The notes beneath the pieces are model-generated. The model made no database searches. It worked only from the letters and a program-made list of their open reading frames with translations, and was not told the origin of the DNA. Position numbers and translations under genes: made by a program. Below are positions 16,649-26,735 of a stretch of DNA of 64,000 nt, one piece after another; within the stretch, counting starts at the first letter, position 1; each line of letters opens with the position of its first letter. Source of the stretch: a virus (taxonomy: Duplodnaviria > Heunggongvirae > Uroviricota > Caudoviricetes); the IMG/VR virus record IMGVR_UViG_3300044970_001522, positions 86,278 through 150,277 of that record. One strand, written 5' to 3'.

Positions 16649-19579
16649 ATGAGAACCAGCGAACTCGGCTACCCTGTCCTGTCTACCCCACTGCACACTA
16701 AGGTTTTCGGCAAACAAAAGGCAGCTTCAATGGGAGTTAAGGCACGTCAAAAGGCCGAGCGACTCTTAAAGCAATTTGGTATATCTGTCCCTGTTGATCA
16801 CCCGGACAACCTGTACGATGGTCCCTTGCCCCTTCCAAGCTTAAGGGGTAGCAATTTACAGGAGCACTTTGAAAACATAGCAACAGAGCAGGTAGGGGTG
16901 TACAAAACCCTTGCGAATTCTCTAGCGGGGTGCAAACTCCCAAAACTCCCTGCAGTTTCCGACTTCGTCTATCAGGCGGGATGGACACGCTATGAGTTTG
17001 TAGACGGAAAGTTTCTTGTAGAGTCCGTACCATGCCCACTCGAAGAAGCTTTCACGTACGACACTGAAACCTTCGTAAAAGCGGGTGCGTTTCCGATTAT
17101 TGGGACGGCGCTAAGTGAAAAAGCGACCTACATTTGGCTCGCGGCAGAGCTTATTGACCCAACCATACCGGAGGAAGAGTGGGACCAACACGATCTCATT
17201 CCCATTGGTGAGAACAGGTTTGTAGCGGGACACAATATTAGCTACGACCGAGTAAGAACACGGGAAGGATACTCACTAAGCCGTAACAAGCCTGAAAACT
17301 TCTACTTTGACACACTCTCCGCGCATATCGGAGTTTCGGGTTTGGCATCAGGTCAACGGTGGTTGTATCTTCTTGCGGCAAAAGACCCCGAAAACCTGAC
17401 TGAAGAGGAAAAGAGAAAACTCAGGTATGCACCAAAGTGGCTAGATGAGGGCTCAACAAACAGCTTGGTGCAATGCTACAACTTTCACGTTTATGAGGTT
17501 CGAAAGTATTTCGGCGATGAGACTGTCCGTCCACTCAACCAAGGGGACAAAAAGATACGAGACATTTTTGTAGACGCTACGCATATCTCGCAAATCACAG
17601 CGGTTCTTGAGAAGGCCGTAGAGTACGCGGTGAGGGATGCATTTTACACAGCGGAGCTTTTTCAGGCTTTGTGGCCGAAGTATCTCGATAGCACTCCCTC
17701 AATGGTGGGCCTTTGCGGCCACTACCACTTAAACGGCTCGGTCGTACCCCTGGTAGAAAACTGGGCTGAGTGGATTCAGAACACAGAAAGAGTGTTCCAT
17801 GAGCACAGCCAGGAAATGACTGAGTTGTGCAGGGAGCTCGTATGGAAGACGTACAACGAGTGGAAGGCTGTCCTCAACAGCGTGGAGGACCCGGAGCGGG
17901 GCCTCGCGAAAGCACAGGAGTGGGCAGAGCAAGACCCTTGGGTGTCTCAGCTTAATTGGGAGCTTTGGAGTAGAAAAGGTAAGTACGCGTGGGTCCCTAC
18001 TTGGGTGCAACCCTTTGTGAAAGATCCGCAACAACACATCGGAGTGAAGTCTCAATTGGCTCACTTGCTGTTGAAGCTCAAATACGAGGGATCACACATT
18101 GTTCAAACCAAAACAGAGGGCTGGTGCTACTACGATGAAACAGGTAGCCTTGTAAAAGTTCCCCACCCCAAAGGAACCGGGGATAATACCGGAGTGTTAC
18201 TCAGCAAGGACTTTGTCCAAGATATGGAAACCGGGAGGCTAAGTAGCGATCTCCCTGAAGCTAAGAGAGCTCTGGAGATTTCAAACGCTATTTCTTACTG
18301 GACTTCTGTTCGTAAGCGGGTGATGGACCGGATCTTCCTCCGCGCTGAAAACCCGCATGGTTCATCCGCCCTGGTGACTCTTCCTGAGATTCTCTGCCAC
18401 GGAACGGTAACTCGCAGAACAGTTGAAAGCTTGATGGCAACCATGTGCTCCACGAAAAACTGGAGAATTGGCACGGAGTTGAAAACACGAGTGCAGGCCC
18501 CCGAAGGCTGGAAAATTGTAAGCGCCGACTACGATGGTCAAGAGCTTCAGATCGCATCCATATACAGCGATACTTGGGAAGGTGGCTTTGTCGGGTGCTC
18601 GCCGATGGGGTACAACGTCCTGTCTGGGTCCAAGGAAAACGGCACTGATCCTCACACCGCTCTTGCTCGTGCTATTCTCCCTGAGATGTATAAGGGGCTT
18701 GTGTGGGACAGGAAGCTAGGAATTTGTTACAGCCATGAGAGTGAACCGTTGAATGTACCAAATTGTGTAAAGGCTGGAGAAAATTGGTTAAGCCCAATTG
18801 AACCCCAGTTGTACAAACTTCTGGCAAAAGCCAGAGACCTGAGCAAGATTGTAGGCTTCGCAACCTTGTACGGAGGTAGCGTAAGAGCCCTAAGCACTCC
18901 AATTCGACGAACTTTTCCTGAGAAAGGGGAGAGAGAAGTTAAGGATTTCGCACTGAAAGCACTGTCATCGAAAAAGGGGGTACTGGTGAACGGAGTGTAT
19001 GAAGGTGGTTCTGACTCCGGCGCATTCAACTTGATGGAGCAAATCTCCATGAAGACAAAGGTTCCTCAGCTGCCTTGCCTTGGTACCAAAATTTCCACTG
19101 CAATGCGACCTGCGGCAGTTGGCACCGAATTTAGGACAGGACGCACAAACTGGGCCATTCAAGCATCGGGTGCCGAAATTCTATCTATAACGCTCACGGC
19201 TGTCGCGTGGCTAGCGGAAGAGTACAAAATCCCCTACCGCTTCATTATCAGCATCCATGATGAACTCCACTTCATGACCCCTGAGAGGTACGCCACTCAG
19301 TTTGCCGTGCTGTTCCAAATCGCCCACCTTTATACCTGGGCGAATTTTCACAGCGCGATGGATATACCGGAGCTTCCACTTAGTCGTGCGTTCTTCTCCT
19401 CAGTAGCAATTGACTCTCGGATTCGTAAATCCCCGAAAGAGTGTACGGTTACACCTTCAAACCCCCACGGTGCGAAAGAACCTAACGGAGTTGAGTACTC
19501 GATGACCGAACTCGGTGAGACTGGGGCTGTAGACAAGCTAAAGACACGATACGAAGCTATTCAAAAAGGACTGATTTGA
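16649..19579 (+). CDS. family A DNA polymerase, mitochondrial Pol-gamma-like, with 3'-5' exonuclease
   Basis: ExoI YDTET, ExoII GHNISYDR, FDTLSAHIGVSGL..GQR, ExoIII YAVRD, GTVTRR..E, motif A ADYDGQEL, motif B RDLSKIVGFATLYG, motif C ISIHDEL. Confidence 0.93.
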   Translation: MRTSELGYPVLSTPLHTKVFGKQKAASMGVKARQKAERLLKQFGISVPVDHPDNLYDGPLPLPSLRGSNLQEHFENIATEQVGVYKTLANSLAGCKLPKLPAVSDFVYQAGWTRYEFVDGKFLVESVPCPLEEAFTYDTETFVKAGAFPIIGTALSEKATYIWLAAELIDPTIPEEEWDQHDLIPIGENRFVAGHNISYDRVRTREGYSLSRNKPENFYFDTLSAHIGVSGLASGQRWLYLLAAKDPENLTEEEKRKLRYAPKWLDEGSTNSLVQCYNFHVYEVRKYFGDETVRPLNQGDKKIRDIFVDATHISQITAVLEKAVEYAVRDAFYTAELFQALWPKYLDSTPSMVGLCGHYHLNGSVVPLVENWAEWIQNTERVFHEHSQEMTELCRELVWKTYNEWKAVLNSVEDPERGLAKAQEWAEQDPWVSQLNWELWSRKGKYAWVPTWVQPFVKDPQQHIGVKSQLAHLLLKLKYEGSHIVQTKTEGWCYYDETGSLVKVPHPKGTGDNTGVLLSKDFVQDMETGRLSSDLPEAKRALEISNAISYWTSVRKRVMDRIFLRAENPHGSSALVTLPEILCHGTVTRRTVESLMATMCSTKNWRIGTELKTRVQAPEGWKIVSADYDGQELQIASIYSDTWEGGFVGCSPMGYNVLSGSKENGTDPHTALARAILPEMYKGLVWDRKLGICYSHESEPLNVPNCVKAGENWLSPIEPQLYKLLAKARDLSKIVGFATLYGGSVRALSTPIRRTFPEKGEREVKDFALKALSSKKGVLVNGVYEGGSDSGAFNLMEQISMKTKVPQLPCLGTKISTAMRPAAVGTEFRTGRTNWAIQASGAEILSITLTAVAWLAEEYKIPYRFIISIHDELHFMTPERYATQFAVLFQIAHLYTWANFHSAMDIPELPLSRAFFSSVAIDSRIRKSPKECTVTPSNPHGAKEPNGVEYSMTELGETGAVDKLKTRYEAIQKGLI

Positions 19580-19785
19580 GACTAACTATGAAAACACCCA
19601 TCAAGATCAAAAAGCCACGAGTTCAATCCGCAGACATATACCCATGCAGAACAAAAGTAGGCATGTACTGGTGGCCGATCCCGTTTGACAAGAACGGAAG
19701 ATTCATCCCGTCGTCTGTGGACTGTTTGTATTCACAAGAGTACTTCTCCCAAGGTGATGCAATTCGCATGCTTCGTTCTCTATAA
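19576..19785 (+). CDS. hypothetical protein
   Basis: ORF after the polymerase; likely start ATG 19588. Confidence 0.55.
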   Translation: MRLTMKTPIKIKKPRVQSADIYPCRTKVGMYWWPIPFDKNGRFIPSSVDCLYSQEYFSQGDAIRMLRSL

Positions 19786-19802
19786 CTAACAAGAGCTTAA
19801 TT

Positions 19803-20786
19803 GTGGGACACTACTTAGAAAAGCTACTAAAGTGGTTGGGGTTTGGTTCTGATAAAAGGGACTCAGTTTGCGCAGATTCGGGTAGCTTTATCGAGTTTTT
19901 AGAAAGCTGTGACGACTTTCTTGAGTGGGTGAATAACCCGACCACGTCTATCGCCGACTTGGAAAACTACGGGAAAGGCACTCACACAACACTTGATAAA
20001 ACTCTAAATTTTCCTCCAAACCCCCGGAAGGGGCAAGTATTCTACTGCCCCACTGACGATAGGACGTATATTTGGATGGAGACTGCGAGAAGCTCAAACT
20101 GGGTCCCCGTACTTGACCAAACTTATATTTCCCCTCCGGTGAGTCTTAGACACGGGTCCGGTGGCGCGGGAGGGAGTGGTGTGGCGACAGAGCTAGCGTA
20201 CACCCCTTGGAATTACTTCGCCCTACCACCCACAAAAGCTGTTACAATTCTGGCGCACGAGAGCGGCGACAGCAACCACCCACCTTCAGGATCCTACATA
20301 GATGGTTCCACATGGGTTCACCCGTCGTCAGAAGAATCCCACCGACTTGTACTTGTGGTGAAAGAGGGTAAATGGCGGCTTACTCATAAGTCAGCCGAAG
20401 AGTTAGAGACCTACTTGCGTTTGTATCCCAACACAAGATTCAACACTTACTTGACCGATGCGCAAATTAGAGATGCTGTGAAGTTACTCCTGCTCAACAC
20501 CCTTGGGAGTTCAGGTATATCGGACTACAACAGTTTAACTAAGCAGTTTGCAATTGGGGATGGAAAAGAGTCCTGGAGTTTACCTTGGGAGTCTTTACAC
20601 GACCTAACCCCTTCTGCTTTTGTTGAGGAGATAGAAAAGACCCGTATAGAGAAGGGGTTAAAAAGGGGGGGGGAGTACGACCACTGGCTGGAGCGACAAC
20701 CACTGACAAAACTCAATTCTCAAGAAGTAAAACAGCAGAAAATGCTCCATAAGCTGAAGAGAAGAGGTGCATTTATCAACCTTTAG
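19803..20786 (+). CDS. hypothetical mosaic protein
   Basis: 327 aa; LNFPPNPRKGQVFY motif resembling cyanophage fibre repeats; internal G9 tract. Confidence 0.65.
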   Translation: MGHYLEKLLKWLGFGSDKRDSVCADSGSFIEFLESCDDFLEWVNNPTTSIADLENYGKGTHTTLDKTLNFPPNPRKGQVFYCPTDDRTYIWMETARSSNWVPVLDQTYISPPVSLRHGSGGAGGSGVATELAYTPWNYFALPPTKAVTILAHESGDSNHPPSGSYIDGSTWVHPSSEESHRLVLVVKEGKWRLTHKSAEELETYLRLYPNTRFNTYLTDAQIRDAVKLLLLNTLGSSGISDYNSLTKQFAIGDGKESWSLPWESLHDLTPSAFVEEIEKTRIEKGLKRGGEYDHWLERQPLTKLNSQEVKQQKMLHKLKRRGAFINL

Positions 20787-21024
20787 CCAACTTTCACACT
20801 CCCCCAACATGCCGTTCCTCCTTCCCCTAGACCCCGACTTTAGGAAAGAAGTCATAGAGAGTTGGATCGAAGACATTTACGATCGTCTAGACTTAGGGAA
20901 CGTGGAAAGTGCGAAGAAAAGTTGGGAAATAGCAAATAATCTTTATCTCTCCCTCCCAGCTGGGCAGGGGGATTTTTTCATTGAGGAAAGGCTCTTAGAA
21001 GCTAGGGTAAAACTAGAGCGGTAA
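20767..21024 (+). CDS. hypothetical protein (likely start at an internal ATG)
   Basis: ORF on coding strand. Confidence 0.55.
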   Translation: MHLSTFSQLSHSPNMPFLLPLDPDFRKEVIESWIEDIYDRLDLGNVESAKKSWEIANNLYLSLPAGQGDFFIEERLLEARVKLER

Positions 21025-21039
21025 AGATACAACATCACC

Positions 21040-21363
21040 ATGCGAACTGTAACTACAGAACCAAACCCACCCGCAGAACCAAACACCCGTCACGATCTTC
21101 TAACCTTTAGCGGAGCCTTGTCGGACGGAAGGCAGATCACAGTTCGTGAAATGACTGGACGAGACCTGCTCTATATCGAGGACGAATTGTCGGCACTCGG
21201 GGAAACACGGCAGAGCTTTCACCTTGTTGAACGACTAAACGTGGGGCCTGAAAAAGTGTCCTTTGACGAAGTTGCAGACATGGGTGCTCGAGACCTGAAG
21301 GTTGTAGTCGGGTTGATTAAACAGGCTAACGGGTCCGACGAAGGAAAGAAAGACCCAAAATAA
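21040..21363 (+). CDS. tail assembly chaperone (G-like)
   Basis: GRQITVREMTGRDL motif; ends in slippery heptamer C CCA AAA directly before TAA. Confidence 0.7.
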   Translation: MRTVTTEPNPPAEPNTRHDLLTFSGALSDGRQITVREMTGRDLLYIEDELSALGETRQSFHLVERLNVGPEKVSFDEVADMGARDLKVVVGLIKQANGSDEGKKDPK

Positions 21364-21785
21364 CCGTTGAGGAACTCGAAGACTTTTCCTTTTTAGTCTC
21401 AGTGGGGCGAAATGAGCCAGTCCATGTTCGGGATATTGTTCCGAAAGACTTTATCTTCGCTAGAGTTCTACAAGATAAGGGTTTAAGTGCCATGGGACTA
21501 CTTGTTAGGTTAATAAAGAACCCTGAAAGTCTTGAGACTTTATCTTCAACAAACTTTCGAGCACTCTACAAGTGGGTCACGGATAATATTCTCAACGAGA
21601 GTATTCTCACTCCGGAAAGTTGGATGGAGATTTCGTTTCACTTGAACAAGCAACGCTGGGACGGCGGAATAGACTGGTTGGACTCTCAACCAATGGCACG
21701 AATAAAGCGCATGATCGAAATAAACCAGAAAGTTGCTGAGCAGCAGCAAGACGAGATCAAAAAGTCAAGGAGAGCAGGCCGCTAA
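21040..21785 (+). CDS. tail assembly chaperone frameshift product (GT-like), -1 shift at 21354-21360
   Basis: The -1 frame is open from the heptamer (ITVEELEDFSFLVSVGRNEPVHVRD...) into ORF 21402-21785, which has only a weak GTG start. Confidence 0.65.
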
Positions 21786-22195
21786 TGTTCAAGTTTAGCC
21801 TAAGAACACCTTTCAGAGGTGAGCCATTCAACCCGAACTGGTGGGAGCCCACAAAACTGGAGTGGGCCCCTGTACTCCTAAACGAAAACAAACCGTACTG
21901 GAAAAACCAGACTGACACGAACGGTCGAGCCTGGCGCCCACTTACAACACAGTACCGTGCTTGGAAAAGACAACGGTACGGCGATCTCCCAATCCTCAGG
22001 GTAACAGGAAAGATGCAGGATACTGCAAAAGTCTTATCTTACCTTAAAAACGATCGCTTTGCGGTCCTTACAACTAGTGTAGGACCCTACCACCAGTTTG
22101 GTACAAAAAACATGGCTGCAAGGCCGTGGATGGGGGTGCCTAAGTCATCTCTCGAAAAACTTTCAGGAATTGCCTGGAAACACATTCTCAATTAA
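21785..22195 (+). CDS. Mu gpG-like virion morphogenesis / tail completion protein
   Basis: GRAWRPL...ILRVTGKM...YHQFGTKNMAARPWMG. Confidence 0.8.
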   Translation: MFKFSLRTPFRGEPFNPNWWEPTKLEWAPVLLNENKPYWKNQTDTNGRAWRPLTTQYRAWKRQRYGDLPILRVTGKMQDTAKVLSYLKNDRFAVLTTSVGPYHQFGTKNMAARPWMGVPKSSLEKLSGIAWKHILN

Positions 22196-22204
22196 CTCAT
22201 AACC

Positions 22205-22618
22205 ATGACAAAGACAAGAGCTAAGGACGACAAGGGACAATTTCTTGGAGACAACCCCGCAACGCCGGACGTAGACGAGGCGTGGGTCGAAGACAAGAGC
22301 GAAGTTGCACCTGCCGAGGGGAACAACGCCGATTCAACCGTTGAGGACAAGGTTGAGAAACCGTCGCAAGAGCCCGCCACGGTGGAGCTTAAGACATCTG
22401 AAACGACCGCAGTGAAAGAAAAGCAGAGCAAGGAGTCCATTGAAGCTTCCGTGCAAGAAAAGCTCTCAAAAAGACTAGACGGTGAAGTAGACCCCTTCAT
22501 CCCGTCGGCACAGCTTCAAAAAGAAGTTAAAGAGATTGCAAGTCAGGAGGGTTTCCAACTCACACGTGGAACCGAAGCTGGTGCGGCTCTCATGGCCCGC
22601 GCACGTAGGTCTGCTTAA
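22205..22618 (+). CDS. acidic hypothetical virion protein
   Basis: RAKDDKGQFLGDNPATPDVDEAW N-terminal motif common in phage structural regions. Confidence 0.6.
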   Translation: MTKTRAKDDKGQFLGDNPATPDVDEAWVEDKSEVAPAEGNNADSTVEDKVEKPSQEPATVELKTSETTAVKEKQSKESIEASVQEKLSKRLDGEVDPFIPSAQLQKEVKEIASQEGFQLTRGTEAGAALMARARRSA

Positions 22619-22620
22619 TC

Positions 22621-22983
22621 GTGAAATCATTTGTCTTCCAACCTGGAATGACCTGGAGAAAGCTAGGGTACGGGTTTCACTCGGACTCCTTGGCTTACCG
22701 AGAAGTTCTAAACTACAACCCCAAGTGGTCTGTCGTTGAGCTTCCCCCTCCAGGGACAGTTCTTCAAGAGGGGGCAAACACAGCAGGGTCAGGGGCATCA
22801 CAGCAGTCCCCAATATTCGGTAGAAGTTCAGGGCAGACATCCTTGGACTTCTACCCCTTTTCAAGCGAAGCAGAATACTTTTTGTCCTTGTCATCCTACA
22901 ATCGGTCTGCCCTTCGTGAAGTGAGCAGGTTGAACGGGTGGTCACTCGATAGCTCCGAAGTTGTTACCGGACAGGTAGGGTAA
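22621..22983 (+). CDS. LysM-like baseplate/tail protein X-like protein
   Basis: FQPGMTWRKLG...YREVLNYNP pattern; located in tail module. Confidence 0.5.
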   Translation: MKSFVFQPGMTWRKLGYGFHSDSLAYREVLNYNPKWSVVELPPPGTVLQEGANTAGSGASQQSPIFGRSSGQTSLDFYPFSSEAEYFLSLSSYNRSALREVSRLNGWSLDSSEVVTGQVG

Positions 22984-23081
22984 AACCTCTAGGTATACAC
23001 CCTAAACCTTTGGCCTACGGGCACCACCGCCGGACTTATCCTCGCCGGCACAAAGGTAAGGAAAAGGAGGAATCTACCCAA

Positions 23082-26000
23082 ATGGCAACTTTTTCTTTCG
23101 GCACCGGTATCGTCCCCGGAGCACCAGGTACATATATCAACGAGCGTGTTGGAAATGTAGCTTCCGCAGGTATTGCCTCGTTCAACACAACTTACATGTT
23201 GGTTGAAACTGAGGAAGACGTCACTGTCGCACGTTTCCCCTTCAACACACCAGTTCCAGTATCTTCACTGACCGACTACAAAGCCTTGGTAGGGAAAGTT
23301 CCCGAAACTCGTATTCCCCTCCTTAGCTACAACTGTGTGAATGCATTCTTTTTGAATGCGCAAGTTGGCGATCTTCGAGTCGTTCGTGTTGGAACTCCAA
23401 ACCAGATTGTAGAAATAGAGATTCTTCCGTCGGGCTCCGAGATTAGTAGCACCGGCCTTCCATCTACCCTTAAAGCTGGCGACGTAGTTTATGCTCAGCT
23501 TATTTTAAACGGGTTGAAGCTTGTTGCTGGAGACGGCTCAAACGGATACACATCCGAAGGGGAATGGCTCGGCGTGCCAACAGTAATTCCTGTTGATTAC
23601 ATTTCCGGTGACAAGGTCAATAACCGCAAAATTTCTGCCGCAATTTCAAGCTCAATCGCCGCAGCTATTCAAAGTAACCCAAGTGTAAGCAGTGCCATAT
23701 TCGTTCGTGACTCGGGCCTCGCAAACGATTTGCTCCCTTCCTCAAACTCGGAAAGCGGCTACGTAACAATTGCAGCAGCCACCTACGACGGGAGTGTTTC
23801 CGTAGTAACCGAGCAACTGCCAGTTGGAGCGCAAAAGGTCTTAATGCAGACCGCGTACAGTATTCAAAATGTCGTTGGCCTTCAAAACAATCTTGAGCGA
23901 GTTCCTCAGGATTACGTTCAGTGTATTAACACTGCCTTTGACGGACAAGCAAACCAAGGGTACCTTGTAACTCCCACCGCGTACGCTCAGTTCGACGCCG
24001 AAGGCCGGTCCCTAGTTGGAGCAGCAGCTGCCGCACACTGCCAGGACAACAACTTTAAGTGGATGGCCGCAGCAGACCCAGGCTCCTTCCTTGTTACCGA
24101 CGTAAACAAGTACAAAGAGTACACTCCGCATCAGCCCGCAGAAGACCTTGTAACCGACAACCTATACCTGGTTGATAACGCCATCTATCAGTGGAAGGGT
24201 GAAGAAGTAACATACGACCGTCTAAAACACCAGACCCTAGTTCCCGGCTACGACCCTAAGGTTGCTGTTCAGTCGTCAGTGGAGGGAGTAGCGGAGGGCG
24301 AAACTGTTGGCCTCCTAGACTTAGCCAAGTTCACAGTCACATCCTCTGCCTCTCTAGCCAACCGGGGAGTCTTCGCCCTGGGGTCAAACACAGTTTGGCC
24401 GGTAGACTACCAGATTCAACGAGTAACATTGAGTGGCCTTGGCGCGGATTTTCTGCCCCTACTTCCACTTGGAGAAACCTCAACTGAGGTGTACTTCGTA
24501 GCACCCCCACTTTCCAGTGCCCAATACGGAACGTACCCTTCAGACGGACAAGTACAATACGTTTATATCGCACAAACTTCTACTCAAGCTGTGTCAATTC
24601 TGGCTGAAGTTACAGCCTTGGGGGGTACCAGTGCTGCATTAAACGCACCTCTAACTCCCTCCGGAGCATTCAGTGTTGCATCCCCAACTTCAAGTACAGC
24701 TCAAGCGACTTATACCACACCCCAGTGGGATTTACCTGTAACTATTGAGGGTCAGACCTCAAACTTGATTCACAATCTGACTGGTGCTCCTGCTTTTGTG
24801 AACACTCTCCACTTACCTGGAAGCTTACAGAACACCACCGATGACTACCGCTTATCCTTTGTAAGCCGCTCACTATTCAACCCTTCAACTGTGCTTTCCT
24901 CAAGCACTGTCCCAGGATACACCGGTGCCGTTTCCTTCGGAGTAACCTCTCACAAATTAGTTAACGGACAGAAACTTTTCTTTACTAAGCCCATTCTGGC
25001 AGGCACTGCAACCCTTTTTAAGGCGACAGTTAGAAACAATCTACAAGCTTATTATGTCAAGGTAATTGACCCCGATAAGTTTGTACTTGCAACTTCTAGC
25101 TCCAACTACCTTGCAGGTTCTTACGTTCCCTATCCTGTTGGGATGGTAAGCATTTCCACGAGTCCCACCATCCTATACACTTCGGTCCTAGGCGGCGGGT
25201 TAACTACTGTAAACCTCTCAGAGTTGAGCGTTGTTCCGTTGGTTCGAGGGAGAAAGTACGGACTGGCTTCAGGTACAATCGCAGACCGTGCGTACGATCA
25301 CAACTTGCTCACGGCGAACGACGATCCAACTGTATCCCTGTACCTGAACTCAAGTCCCTTAGTTATTGGGTCGGAGCACGTCTACCCGTACGGTGAAACT
25401 GCTAACGCGGGGTGGCTACCCTCTTTAGAACTTGTGGGGCCTGGGGAAACCTCAACGAGTGTTGAGAACTTTCTTTGCACCCCCACTGTGGACCAAAACT
25501 TCTCCTCGGAAGCACACATCGTCCCTGTGATCGATCCGATCTTCGGAGGAAACTTCAGCGCAAGTACCACTGTTGTCCTCGGAACGCTTACTTCTGTAAC
25601 GCCATACGTCACCGCTTGTGGTCTCCTCGTTGACAGCACTGGAGTTGCAATTCAAGCAGCTCTCTCAAAATTGAGCGGAGTTTATTTTAACGTTACGGTT
25701 GCACCGGCGAACTCCGTTGCTCCTGACGGAGTTACACGAGTCGTTGTCGGGGACAGGTTGGCGGTTACATTTGACGGCTCATCCTACAGTTGGGTTGTTG
25801 TGCCGGCGAACACCCTTGGCGGTGACTTGAGCACAGTTTCCACTGTTTGTTACGGTTCACAAGTTGAATTTGCCCTCACTCCTGAACAAACACCAAGCGC
25901 AAATCTGTGGAGATTCGAGACCATCACGTCTACCGAAATTATCGACGAAGCACTTCGTGGTGTTGGATTTGCAGGCGAACCCCAAGCTGTGTTTGTGGAA

Positions 26001-26735
26001 GCGGGTGTTGACAATGTCAACAGACTATTCGAGGACAGCCAGCGCTACTTCAATGCCTTTGGCTTCATCGCTTTCTACGGCCCATACGTGGAGAACTCGG
26101 CAGGACAATTTGTTCCCCCCTCTCCGTATGTGACCGGGATCGCAGCTCGCCGTTACCGCTCCGAAGGGTTCCAGTTCCCACCTGCAGGTACCAAGTATCA
26201 ACTCGCAGACGCTGCTGGCGTTCAAATTTCTGTAAACTCGGCTCAGCAAAACTTGCTCAACCCTGACGGCTGCAATGTTCTTCGTTCCTTGCCAGGGTAC
26301 CCTAACACTGCGGTGTTCGTCTGGGGTGGACGCACTCGAATCAACAAGGCAGTTGCGGATCAGCGTAAGTTTCAATTTGTGAACACTCGTGTGATTCAGA
26401 ATGTTGTTTACGGTTCTCTTCGCAATGCTTTCGACAACCAGATCTTCTCGGTTGTTGACGGGTTTGGTATTGTGTTCAACCAAATTGTTTCCATTGGGAA
26501 CAGCGTTCTGAGCCAGCTTTACCTCTCCGGTGCACTCTTCGGTGCGAGACCCTCGGACGCATTCCAAGTGATTTGTGACGAGCGCATTAACAGCGGAGAC
26601 AACCTCGAGAACGGTGTTGTGTTTGTGAAGGTGTTTGACACCCCCGTACCAACACTGGAAAGAATCGAGGTTGATCTTATTCGCGTCTCTGTTGGCCAAA
26701 TGAACAGAGAACTTGATTCTCAGGGCCTAGGTTGA
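23082..26735 (+). CDS. contractile tail sheath protein with large insertion domains (1217 aa)
   Basis: APGTYINE N-terminus; C-terminal VPPSPYVTG, VFVWGGRT, FVNTRVI, AFQVICDERIN, PVPTLERI; start at ATG 23082 after GGAGG RBS. Confidence 0.9.
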   Translation: MATFSFGTGIVPGAPGTYINERVGNVASAGIASFNTTYMLVETEEDVTVARFPFNTPVPVSSLTDYKALVGKVPETRIPLLSYNCVNAFFLNAQVGDLRVVRVGTPNQIVEIEILPSGSEISSTGLPSTLKAGDVVYAQLILNGLKLVAGDGSNGYTSEGEWLGVPTVIPVDYISGDKVNNRKISAAISSSIAAAIQSNPSVSSAIFVRDSGLANDLLPSSNSESGYVTIAAATYDGSVSVVTEQLPVGAQKVLMQTAYSIQNVVGLQNNLERVPQDYVQCINTAFDGQANQGYLVTPTAYAQFDAEGRSLVGAAAAAHCQDNNFKWMAAADPGSFLVTDVNKYKEYTPHQPAEDLVTDNLYLVDNAIYQWKGEEVTYDRLKHQTLVPGYDPKVAVQSSVEGVAEGETVGLLDLAKFTVTSSASLANRGVFALGSNTVWPVDYQIQRVTLSGLGADFLPLLPLGETSTEVYFVAPPLSSAQYGTYPSDGQVQYVYIAQTSTQAVSILAEVTALGGTSAALNAPLTPSGAFSVASPTSSTAQATYTTPQWDLPVTIEGQTSNLIHNLTGAPAFVNTLHLPGSLQNTTDDYRLSFVSRSLFNPSTVLSSSTVPGYTGAVSFGVTSHKLVNGQKLFFTKPILAGTATLFKATVRNNLQAYYVKVIDPDKFVLATSSSNYLAGSYVPYPVGMVSISTSPTILYTSVLGGGLTTVNLSELSVVPLVRGRKYGLASGTIADRAYDHNLLTANDDPTVSLYLNSSPLVIGSEHVYPYGETANAGWLPSLELVGPGETSTSVENFLCTPTVDQNFSSEAHIVPVIDPIFGGNFSASTTVVLGTLTSVTPYVTACGLLVDSTGVAIQAALSKLSGVYFNVTVAPANSVAPDGVTRVVVGDRLAVTFDGSSYSWVVVPANTLGGDLSTVSTVCYGSQVEFALTPEQTPSANLWRFETITSTEIIDEALRGVGFAGEPQAVFVEAGVDNVNRLFEDSQRYFNAFGFIAFYGPYVENSAGQFVPPSPYVTGIAARRYRSEGFQFPPAGTKYQLADAAGVQISVNSAQQNLLNPDGCNVLRSLPGYPNTAVFVWGGRTRINKAVADQRKFQFVNTRVIQNVVYGSLRNAFDNQIFSVVDGFGIVFNQIVSIGNSVLSQLYLSGALFGARPSDAFQVICDERINSGDNLENGVVFVKVFDTPVPTLERIEVDLIRVSVGQMNRELDSQGLG

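Noticed and set aside
18670-18830. Possible intein in the polymerase insert
   Set aside because: No Cys/Ser start with His-Asn end and too short; no intein signature seen in TerL or GyrA either
23010-23081. Track start of the sheath at TTG 23010
   Set aside because: GGAGG RBS precedes ATG 23082, and the extra 24 aa are not sheath-like
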